A stretch of 64,000 nt of DNA, taken from Hyphomicrobiales bacterium. Lineage in GTDB: Bacteria > Pseudomonadota > Alphaproteobacteria > Rhizobiales > JAJFHB01. The stretch lies in contig JAJFHL010000171.1 in the NCBI GenBank assembly GCA_021775615.1, positions 9,282 to 73,281 of the forward strand, written 5' to 3'. Below, one piece after another: positions 1-10,450 of the stretch (its first letter is position 1; each line of letters begins with the position of its first letter). The notes under the pieces are model-generated. The model ran no database searches and was not told the DNA's origin. It saw nothing but the letters and a program-made list of their open reading frames with translations. The translations under genes and the position numbers were made by a program.

Positions 1-2
1 CG

Positions 3-608
3 TTGGTCGAGAAGCTGATCCCGCGTGTCGAATCCCTGAAAGTGGGCCTTTCGACGGACCGTGAGGCGGATTACGGACCCCTGGTCACCGCCGAGGCGCT
101 CCAGAGGGTCAAGGGATACGTGGACCGCGGCGTCGAGGAAGGGGCCACGCTCAAGGTGGACGGGCGGGACTTCACCATGCAGGGCTACGAGAGCGGCAAC
201 TTCATGGGTGGCTGCCTGTTCGACAATGTCACCGCCGACATGAGCATCTACAAGGAAGAGATCTTCGGACCGGTGCTCTCGGTGGTGCGGGCGGCCGACT
301 ACGAAGCGGCCATCGAGCTGCCGATGAGCCATGAATATGGCAATGGCGTTGCGATCTACACCCGCGATGGCGACACCGCCCGCGACTTCTGTTCGCGCAT
401 CAATATCGGCATGGTGGGCGTCAATGTGCCGATCCCGGTGCCGCTCGCCTATCACACCTTCGGTGGCTGGAAACGTTCGGTCTTCGGTGACCTCAATCAG
501 CACGGGCCCGATTCGGTGCGGTTCTACACCCGCACCAAGACGGTGACATCGCGCTGGCCGTCGGGCGTCAAGGAAGGCGCCGAGTTCGTTATTCCGACAA
601 TGAACTGA
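3..608 (+). CDS. mmsA: methylmalonate-semialdehyde dehydrogenase (CoA-acylating), C-terminal ~200 aa; 5' end outside window
   Basis: ORF open at window edge; aldehyde-dehydrogenase C-terminal motifs (EEIFGPVLS, HEYGNGVAIYT, NVPIPVPLAYHTFGGWKRS) typical of MmsA. Confidence 0.85.
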   Translation: MVEKLIPRVESLKVGLSTDREADYGPLVTAEALQRVKGYVDRGVEEGATLKVDGRDFTMQGYESGNFMGGCLFDNVTADMSIYKEEIFGPVLSVVRAADYEAAIELPMSHEYGNGVAIYTRDGDTARDFCSRINIGMVGVNVPIPVPLAYHTFGGWKRSVFGDLNQHGPDSVRFYTRTKTVTSRWPSGVKEGAEFVIPTMN

Positions 609-873
609 TTGCAGCGCGGCGGTTCCGTCTGCACCCTATCGACTGGGCGCCTGCTTTCGGCGGGCGTCCGTTCGTGTGCAAACTTTTCGGGCACAACGGC
701 GTGAACAATACCGTTGTTGTCATTTCGTTAATCATACCCCCAGTACTCTTTGGTACACAAAAGGCCGTCAGCAGGGAGTAACACGATGGACACCACCATC
801 GGCATAGTTGCTCCAAAGCCCGCCTGATCCTTCAGACCTCCGGCGGCGCTTTGGAGCGTGAATGGAGGTAATG

Positions 874-1197
874 ATGAATATCCTGAAAATGAAATACTGC
901 GCCTGCGCACTGGCTGGGGCCGTTGCGTTCGCAGCCGCAAGTGTTGGTCTCCCGCAATCGGCGAAGGCCGCCGAATGCGGAACCCATGACAAGGTCATCG
1001 CCTTTTTGGGCAAGAAGTACAAAGAACAGGTCGCCGCCATGGGCCTGGTTTCGAACAAGGGCTTCATGCAGCTTTTCGTTGCCGATACAGGTACCTGGAC
1101 CGTTCTTCTGACGACGCCCGAGGGTATCAGCTGCATTGTCGCCGCCGGCGACAGCTATGAGAAAGCGCCCATCGTCAACACGGATCCCAACGCCTGA
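874..1197 (+). CDS. small exported protein, unknown function
   Basis: ORF 862..1197; GGAGG at 864-868 favours ATG 874 (871 possible); hydrophobic signal peptide ending AKA/AE; no family recognised. Confidence 0.55.
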   Translation: MNILKMKYCACALAGAVAFAAASVGLPQSAKAAECGTHDKVIAFLGKKYKEQVAAMGLVSNKGFMQLFVADTGTWTVLLTTPEGISCIVAAGDSYEKAPIVNTDPNA

Positions 1198-1330
1198 CGA
1201 TTGCGCCATGCCACCTGGCTGGCCGCGTCGTGTTGAAACTTCTTTCGGTTGCGCACAAATATGCCTTTGTGCCGTGATGACAGAGTGTTAACACGACGTG
1301 GCAATAAGAAATGGTCGATCCGCAAGGTCG

Positions 1331-2452
1331 ATGGGCAACGTGCTGTCAGACTACTACGAGCGCCTGGTCGCGTCCGGCGATCTCGAGGCTGATCCGAACC
1401 AGCGGCGGGTGATGGACCTGTTCGGCACGCTCGGTGACCAGCTGTCAGAACACCAGGCGGCGCTCCGGCGGTCCGCTCTTGCATCGCTTTTCTCGCCACG
1501 TATTCGCGCACCCAACGGCCTTTACATTCACGGCGGCGTCGGGCGCGGCAAGACCATGCTGATGGATCTGTTCTTTCATCAGGTCGACGTTGCATCGAAG
1601 CAGCGTGTTCACTTCCACGAGTTCATGCAGGACGTCCATTCGCGCGTCCACGAGCGGCGCCAGGCGCACTCGAAAGGCTTCGTCGGAGGAGGCGATCCGA
1701 TCCCTCCGGTGGCCGATGATATCGTGCGCAAGGGTAGGCTGCTGTGCTTCGACGAATTTCAGGTCACCGATATCACCGACGCGATGATCCTGGGACGGTT
1801 GTTCACGGCGTTGTTCGAACGCGGTGTCGTGGTCGTGGCGACTTCGAACCGGCACCCCGACACGCTCTATGAGGGCGGCCTGAACCGGGCCCTGTTCCTG
1901 CCGTTCATCGCCATGATGAAAGACCGCATGGAGGTGGTCAGCCTTGATGGCGACACCGACTACCGGCTGAAACACCTCAACGGCACGCCGGTCTACTACA
2001 CCCCTCTGGGAGGATCCACAGATGCCGAGATCCAGGGCATCTGGTCGCGGCTGACAAACTCCGAAAGGGGCGAGCCCGCCTCGCTCGAAGTGCAGGGGCG
2101 GCTGCTCGAAGTGCCCCAGTCAGCCAAGGGGGTAGCGCGTTTTTCCTTCGCCGACCTGTGCGAAAGGCCGCTTGGGGTCGCCGATTTTCTGAAGGTGGCG
2201 CACAACTTCCACACGGTGATCCTCGAGCGCATCCCCGTTCTGGGCCCGGAAAAACGCAACGAGGCGCGCCGCTTCGTCAACCTCATCGACAGCCTCTACA
2301 ACTACAAGGTCAAGCTCATCGCCTCCGCCGCGGCGGCGCCCGATGCGATCTATCCCGCGGGAGACGGTACCTTCGAATTCGCCCGTACGGTGTCGCGCTT
2401 GTTCGAAATGCAGTCGGACCCCTATATGGCACTGGGCCATGGGGCTGAATAG
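1331..2452 (+). CDS. zapE: AFG1/ZapE-family ATPase (cell division factor ZapE)
   Basis: Walker A GGVGRGKTMLMD, Walker B LLCFDEFQVTD; AFG1-like throughout; ATG 1331 preferred over upstream alternative start 1298. Confidence 0.85.
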   Translation: MGNVLSDYYERLVASGDLEADPNQRRVMDLFGTLGDQLSEHQAALRRSALASLFSPRIRAPNGLYIHGGVGRGKTMLMDLFFHQVDVASKQRVHFHEFMQDVHSRVHERRQAHSKGFVGGGDPIPPVADDIVRKGRLLCFDEFQVTDITDAMILGRLFTALFERGVVVVATSNRHPDTLYEGGLNRALFLPFIAMMKDRMEVVSLDGDTDYRLKHLNGTPVYYTPLGGSTDAEIQGIWSRLTNSERGEPASLEVQGRLLEVPQSAKGVARFSFADLCERPLGVADFLKVAHNFHTVILERIPVLGPEKRNEARRFVNLIDSLYNYKVKLIASAAAAPDAIYPAGDGTFEFARTVSRLFEMQSDPYMALGHGAE

Positions 2453-2511
2453 CGCGGCCTCGTTCTGAGGGCCGCACGGTCCGATGTTGGAAGTGCAAGG
2501 GCAGGCGGCTG

Positions 2512-2811
2512 CTATTCCGGCGTTGCCGCTTCGGTGATTCCACTGGTGGACGTGATGGTCTGAGCCGGTGCCGGCCCGGTCTGCTCATACGTGTCCTGGT
2601 TGCCGGACCTGTTCCGCTTTCTGCGGTCCCACTTGAATATGGTGAACTCACCGCTCTGGTCGGTGATCAGGCCCTGGCCTTCGGGGATCTCGTCGATCGG
2701 TGTGAATTCAAACTCTTCCGCGAGGGCGGCCGAAGACAGTGCAAACACAAATGCGGTCGCCAGAGCGCCGTTTCGCAACGCGGATCTGGTCGTTGAGATG
2801 CGGATTTTCAT
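2512..2811 (-). CDS. small exported protein, paralogue A (downstream of porin A)
   Basis: Signal peptide (SSAALA/EE); shares core DEIPxGxGLxTDxxGEFxxxKWD and identical C-terminal STSGITEAATPE with 4442..4744. Confidence 0.65.
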   Translation of the reverse strand: MKIRISTTRSALRNGALATAFVFALSSAALAEEFEFTPIDEIPEGQGLITDQSGEFTIFKWDRRKRNRSGNQDTYEQTGPAPAQTITSTSGITEAATPE

Positions 2812-2957
2812 TTTCAGTACGGTCCCGTCCGTGGGCTGGATTTGCAGCAGTGCCGCCTACGCTCGACGCACTGTCGAAGTCACCGATCTTGTAGCACAGA
2901 TGAGACCGATTTGCGCGAAAATTCGCACTCCTTCGGGCCCCGAGAGCGTTGATTTTC

Positions 2958-4118
2958 CTAGAATTTCACCCGTGCACCGGTCATGAACGCAATTGTGTCC
3001 CGAGGGTCCGACGTGGCGTTGAGCTGATTGAGGAAATTGACCCCCGTGGGCGCGCTGGTGACCACCCCGCCGTGATCAAGTTGATGCAGGCGGACGCCGG
3101 CATAAAGCTCGGTGCCGACCCAGTCGATCTTCTGCACCACATAACCGCCGTAGGACCAGGCCTCGTCTCCGCGCGCCGCAACGTTCGCGTTATAGGCAAT
3201 GTCCGCTGCAATCGCCGTGAAGCCCCAGTCGAAGATGTCAAAAATCCACCCGGCCTTGCCGTAGAGGAAATGAGCATTGCGCTGGGCGGCCCCGGCGCCC
3301 TTGTCTTCCTCCATGCCACCGGCGAATGTGAGGTTGAACCCGTTGGAGAACAGAAGAGAGGCGGAGCCGGAAATCTGGTAGTCCTGGCCGAAGCCCTGTC
3401 CCCTTTCGCCGTCGACATAAGATGCCGCGGCGGCGAACTTGTGGCCACCGAAGGCGCGGGCGAAGCGCAGGGCGACGTCCCACTCATTGTCGTCGGTCCA
3501 TGAGCCGGAGATTTGAAAGCCGGCGAATGTCGGGGTGTCGTACCGCACCCGGTCGGTGCGGCTGAGACCGTCCATATTGTCGAAGACGCTCTTGATGCGC
3601 ACACCGTTTTCGAACTCAAGGCCGCCGGCCATGTCGCCAATGCCGGAATAGCCGATGACGCCGGTCTTGGAGAGATCGACTTCCGATGTGCCGTTGGAGG
3701 CGGTGTCGCCCTGGCCAAGCCACAAGGTGCCCCAGGCCTCGCTGTCGAACCAGATTTCAAGCTTGCGTTCGGTGAAGTTGTTGGCGCTGGCCTGGCCGGA
3801 CTGTTTGAAGCGGACGTCGGCGGAAGAATTCGATTCAAACTGCACTTCGATCTGTGCACCGATCTCGAAATCGCAATCGACCTGGCCGGTGGCGCGGGCG
3901 CGCAGGCGGGTCGAGGAGTTGTCATTGTCGACATGGAAGAAGTCATCGACGACGCCGTTGTCGGCATAGAGAAAGGCCCGGTTGACCTGGCCGCTGATCT
4001 TCAGGGCGATATCCTCGCGGCATTCGTCCACCGGGTCCATATCGACCGCATGGGCCTGGCCCGGGCTGAATATGACGGTTGCAAGAGCGACGGATGCTAG
4101 AAACCTGGACTTCGACAT
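2958..4118 (-). CDS. outer-membrane porin (beta-barrel), paralogue A
   Basis: Signal peptide (GQAHA/VD), alternating amphipathic strand pattern, C-terminal GARVKF with terminal Phe typical of OMP barrels; roughly four-fifths identical by eye to 4761..5927. Confidence 0.8.
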   Translation of the reverse strand: MSKSRFLASVALATVIFSPGQAHAVDMDPVDECREDIALKISGQVNRAFLYADNGVVDDFFHVDNDNSSTRLRARATGQVDCDFEIGAQIEVQFESNSSADVRFKQSGQASANNFTERKLEIWFDSEAWGTLWLGQGDTASNGTSEVDLSKTGVIGYSGIGDMAGGLEFENGVRIKSVFDNMDGLSRTDRVRYDTPTFAGFQISGSWTDDNEWDVALRFARAFGGHKFAAAASYVDGERGQGFGQDYQISGSASLLFSNGFNLTFAGGMEEDKGAGAAQRNAHFLYGKAGWIFDIFDWGFTAIAADIAYNANVAARGDEAWSYGGYVVQKIDWVGTELYAGVRLHQLDHGGVVTSAPTGVNFLNQLNATSDPRDTIAFMTGARVKF

Positions 4119-4301
4119 AACCTACTCCATTGCGCAGTTGGCGCTGACGCCATTTCAATGTTCGGGCAGGGGAATGTGTCGAACGCAGACCGAGTGCGCG
4201 GCAGTCCAGCCGCAGTACTGTTCTGTGTTTTGAGGAATTGACGCCCACGTTAAAGCTATGTGGCGAAGCGGAATTACATCCGGTGTCAATCGTGTTGGTT
4301 A

Positions 4302-4317
4302 TTAACGACTCATTAAC
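4302..4317. promoter_or_regulatory. perfect CtrA-box consensus TTAA-N7-TTAAC upstream of porin A
   Basis: Sequence TTAACGACTCATTAAC read directly; lies 184-199 bp upstream of the porin A start codon in an AT-richer intergenic stretch. Confidence 0.35.
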
Positions 4318-4441
4318 CGTACCCGTAAACTTATCATTTACCAAGAATGGCGGGTTATGGTTAATGATCACCTAAGCTTGAGGCGCTTCAGACAAAAAAG
4401 TGCCGAGGCGCACGACTTCGGGAATGATGCGCGGCGTCTGC

Positions 4442-4744
4442 CTATTCGGGCGTTGCCGCCTCGGTGATTCCGCTCGTGGATTTTGCCGCCCGGGGAGCAT
4501 CGGGCGATGGGGCCGAAACCGTGGTCTCGGGAGACGATTTGGAGCGACCCCTCGGATCCCACTTCACGACCGCGAACTCGCCGCCTTCATCGGTGACCAG
4601 TCCGGCTCCCTGCGGGATCTCGTCGACCGGATGATATGCGAATTCCTGTCCGCCCGAGCATCCTGCAAGGACAAGGCAGGCAGCCGCCGCGAGGGGGACC
4701 TTGCGGAGGCGGCTGCATGCTTGCGCGCTCGGGGAGAACGTCAT
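4442..4744 (-). CDS. small lipoprotein, paralogue B (downstream of porin B)
   Basis: Lipobox LVLAG/C; same conserved core and identical C-terminal dodecapeptide as 2512..2811; 16 nt after porin B stop. Confidence 0.65.
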   Translation of the reverse strand: MTFSPSAQACSRLRKVPLAAAACLVLAGCSGGQEFAYHPVDEIPQGAGLVTDEGGEFAVVKWDPRGRSKSSPETTVSAPSPDAPRAAKSTSGITEAATPE

Positions 4745-4760
4745 GGTGTCAACCGACCGA

Positions 4761-5927
4761 TCAGAACTTGATGCGGGCGCCGGTCATGAAGGCGACCACG
4801 TTATCCGGATCGGCTGTTGCGTTGATCTGGTTGAGGAAGTTCACACCAGCGGGAACCAGTGTGACCGTGCCCCCGTGATCCAGTTCGTGAACCCTGACAC
4901 CGGCATAGAGTTCGGTGCCGACCCAGTCGATCTTCTGAACAGCATAGATGCCGTAGGACCAGGCTTCGTCGCCGCTGGCGCGCTCGTTCTTGTTGTAGGC
5001 AACATCGGCGGCGATTGCCGTGAAGCCCCAGTCGATGATGTCGAAGATCCATCCGACCTTACCGTAGAGGAACCGGGTGTTGCGCTGGGCTGCGCCGGCG
5101 CCTTCGTCTTCCTGCATGCCGGCCGCGAAGGTCAGGTTGAAACCGTTGGAGAACAATACCGATGCCGAGCCGCTCATCTGGTAGTCAGATGAAAAGCCCT
5201 GGCCGCGTTCGCCATCGACATATGAAACCGCGGCGGCAAACTTGTGGCCGTTGAAGCCCTGGGCAAACCGCAGTGCAACGTCCCACTCGTTGTCGTCGGT
5301 CCATGAGGTCGACAGCTTGAAGCCGGCGATTGTCGGCGTGTCGTAGCGAACGCGGTCGGTGCGGCTCAGGCCGTCATAGTTGTTAAACGCTTGGCTGATA
5401 CGGACGCCGTTCTCGAACTCGAGGCCGCCGGCCATGTCTTCGATGCCTGAGTAGCCGATGACGCCGGTCTTGGAGAGATCGACTTCCGAGGTGCCGTTGG
5501 AGGCGGTGTCACCCTGGCCGAGCCAGAGGCGTCCCCAGGTCTCGCTGTCGAACCAGATTTCAAGCTTGCGTTCGGTGAAGTTGTTGGGGCCGGCCTGACC
5601 GGACTGCTTGAAGCGAACTTGCGACGATGAGTTCGATTCGAACTGCACCTCGATCTGGGCGCCGACCTTGAAGTCGCACGAGACGCGACCGACGGCTCGG
5701 GCGCGCAGGCGGGTGGAGGAATTGTCATTGTCGACATGGAAGAAGTCGTCGACGACGCCGTTGTCGGCATAAAGAAAGGCCCGGTTGACCTGGCCGCTGA
5801 TCTTCAGGGCGATGTCTTCGCGGCATTCGTCAATTGGATCCTTGTCTGCGGCGTGAGCCTGGCTGGCCCCCGCCATGGCGACAACACCGACAAGTGCCGT
5901 CGACATCAATAGGGATTTGGCGCGCAT
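4761..5927 (-). CDS. outer-membrane porin (beta-barrel), paralogue B
   Basis: Signal peptide (SQAHA/AD), C-terminal GARIKF; near-duplicate of 2958..4118. Confidence 0.8.
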   Translation of the reverse strand: MRAKSLLMSTALVGVVAMAGASQAHAADKDPIDECREDIALKISGQVNRAFLYADNGVVDDFFHVDNDNSSTRLRARAVGRVSCDFKVGAQIEVQFESNSSSQVRFKQSGQAGPNNFTERKLEIWFDSETWGRLWLGQGDTASNGTSEVDLSKTGVIGYSGIEDMAGGLEFENGVRISQAFNNYDGLSRTDRVRYDTPTIAGFKLSTSWTDDNEWDVALRFAQGFNGHKFAAAVSYVDGERGQGFSSDYQMSGSASVLFSNGFNLTFAAGMQEDEGAGAAQRNTRFLYGKVGWIFDIIDWGFTAIAADVAYNKNERASGDEAWSYGIYAVQKIDWVGTELYAGVRVHELDHGGTVTLVPAGVNFLNQINATADPDNVVAFMTGARIKF

Positions 5928-6551
5928 TGGTTCTCCCCTTCATTCTTAAGGTTACGCGTGTGTTTAAGACCCTACGGAGCGAATTCCGTAGGGCCCCCTA
6001 TATCGGGGAGAGCACGACGGTTCTATTACAGAATCGCCGTCGAAGAGCGTTTGTGAGGGGTTGTGGCGTGGAAGTCACAAAATGTAACAGAAGCGTAATT
6101 TGAGTGTCACATATTTGTAATATATGACAATTGCATGAATAGTCCTTATACGGAGTCCGATACTTAGAATTACATGATTATACAAATTAATATTTCCTAC
6201 CATGTGAGATAAAGGAGCCCTTCTGGTCGATTCAAGAGGTCTTTTCGGCGTTTAGCCGACCGGCCGGAGCGTGACTTGTGACGCCCGCGGGCGGGCCTGC
6301 AATGCCGCATGGATTCGGTTCCGGCGGCCTTGCGTGGCACCGCCATTCGCGATACACCCGGCCTGACTTATGGGCTCAGGGACAATGACCCGTTTTTACC
6401 GCGCCGAGGCCTCCTTCGTTTCTGAAGACGGACACTGTGTCCACATGCATCACGCAGTACGTGGTGCGTGTCAGCAAACGGCTGTTCAAGCGCCGGTCTT
6501 TGTCTATGATCTCTTTTCGACGACCCATCACTTTGCAGACAGGAATACTGA

Positions 6552-7523
<972 letters not shown>

Positions 7524-7551
7524 CCGCAGGCCGGGCCGGGGTTGCCTGGGC

Positions 7552-8187
7552 ATGCAGCCGACCGTAAAGGCAAACGATCTGGCGCTGCATTTCGCGACGC
7601 CGATGATGCAGCGCGAGTATGACGGGGCAGATGATCTGAACCGGGCCCTGTCGAAGCTGCTTCTCGGCATGGAGAAGAACGACCGCAACAAGGTTTCCGG
7701 CACCACCAACGTTGGCGGCTATCATTCGGACACAAAGCTGTTTGAACGGCCGGAACCGGAAATCGCGGCGTTTCGGACGCTGGTCCAGGAAGCGGTTGTC
7801 GATTTCACGAGCGCCTATATCCAGGAGACCTGTTCGGAGCCGCCATCCAACCTCAAAATGCGCGTCTGGGGCTGGGGCATCGTGATGCGCAAGGGCGATT
7901 CCAACTTTCAGCATGTGCATCCCGACGCGCGGGTCAGCGGCGTCTATTACGTTTCGGTGCCGGGCTGGGAGAAAACCCACTCGCTGGATGATCCGCAGGG
8001 ATCGATCATGTTTTGCGATCCGCGTCCGCGGGCGCATATGAACCGCCACGAAAATCAGCTGACCGAGATCATCGTCGATCCGAAACCCGGGCTTATGCTG
8101 CTGTTCCCGTCCTATTACGAGCACGCCGTAATCCCGTTTCGCGGCGGCGGCGCACGCATTTCAATCGCCTTCAACGGCTATTTTTGA
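7552..8187 (+). CDS. putative 2OG-Fe(II) oxygenase-superfamily protein (TIGR02466/PF13759-like)
   Basis: Motifs HVHPDARVSGVYYV and LLFPSYYEHAV (His-x-Asp...His facial triad pattern); ATG 7552 chosen because upstream part of ORF 7387.. overlaps mdh. Confidence 0.6.
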   Translation: MQPTVKANDLALHFATPMMQREYDGADDLNRALSKLLLGMEKNDRNKVSGTTNVGGYHSDTKLFERPEPEIAAFRTLVQEAVVDFTSAYIQETCSEPPSNLKMRVWGWGIVMRKGDSNFQHVHPDARVSGVYYVSVPGWEKTHSLDDPQGSIMFCDPRPRAHMNRHENQLTEIIVDPKPGLMLLFPSYYEHAVIPFRGGGARISIAFNGYF

Positions 8188-8316
8188 GCGGCGTGGCCCA
8201 CAGGTCCGGTCAGACGGTTGCAGGGGCTTCGAACAGTGTTATAAGGGATTGGCTTTCATGTGGCAGGGGGGAAACCAGCCGGTGCGGCGTATTCCATTTA
8301 TTTCTAAGGCTATCCC

Positions 8317-9485
<1,169 letters not shown>

Positions 9486-9486
<1 letters not shown>

Positions 9487-10361
9487 TGTCAGTTCTCGTC
9501 GACAGCAACACCAAGGTCATCTGCCAGGGCATGACCGGCAACACCGGCACCTTCCACACCCAGCAGGCGATCGAGTACGGCACCAAGATGGTGGGCGGCG
9601 TGACGCCCGGCCGCGGCGGTTCGGAGCATCTCGGCCTGCCCGTGTTCGACACGGTGCACCAGGCGGTCGAGGCGACCGGCGCCAATGCCACGGTGATCTA
9701 TGTGCCGCCGCCCTTCGCCGGCGATGCGATCCTGGAAGCCATTGCCTCGGAGATCCCGCTTGCGGTCTGCATCACCGAGGGCATTCCGGTTCTCGACATG
9801 GTCAAGGTGAAACGTGCCCTGCAGGGCTCAAAGACCCGGCTTGTCGGCCCCAACTGCCCGGGTGTCATCACGCCGGAACAGTGCAAGATCGGCATCATGC
9901 CGGGCCATATTCACAAACCCGGCAAGGTCGGCATCGTTTCGCGCTCGGGTACGCTCACATACGAGGCGGTCGGCCAGACGACCGCGGCAGGCCTTGGACA
10001 GTCGAGTTGCATCGGCATCGGCGGCGATCCGGTCAACGGCACCAACTTCATCGATTGTCTCGACATGTTCCTTGGCGACGATGAGACCGAATCGATCATC
10101 ATGATCGGCGAGATCGGCGGCAGCGCCGAAGAAGACGCGGCCGAATTCATCAAGCAGTCGAAGGTGAAAAAGCCGATCGTCGGCTTCATCGCCGGCGTCA
10201 GCGCTCCCCCGGGGCGCCGCATGGGCCATGCGGGCGCCATCATATCGGGCGGCAAGGGTGGCGCGGAAGACAAGATCGAGGCCATGCGCAGCGCGGGAAT
10301 TACCGTGTCGGACTCGCCGGCCGGACTTGGCACCACCTTGTTAAAGGTATTAAATGGCTGA
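9486..10361 (+). CDS. sucD: succinyl-CoA synthetase alpha subunit
   Basis: [11 protein letters not shown] CoA-binding, phosphohistidine loop (MGHAGAII); ATGA overlap with sucC stop. Confidence 0.95.
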
Positions 10362-10450
10362 TAGCTCACGGAACGTGATGCGGTAGCGGATTTGACGGAC
10401 CAAACTCCCAGAAAAGGCGGGCAGGATTTGGCGATCTTCCCGATGATGTG

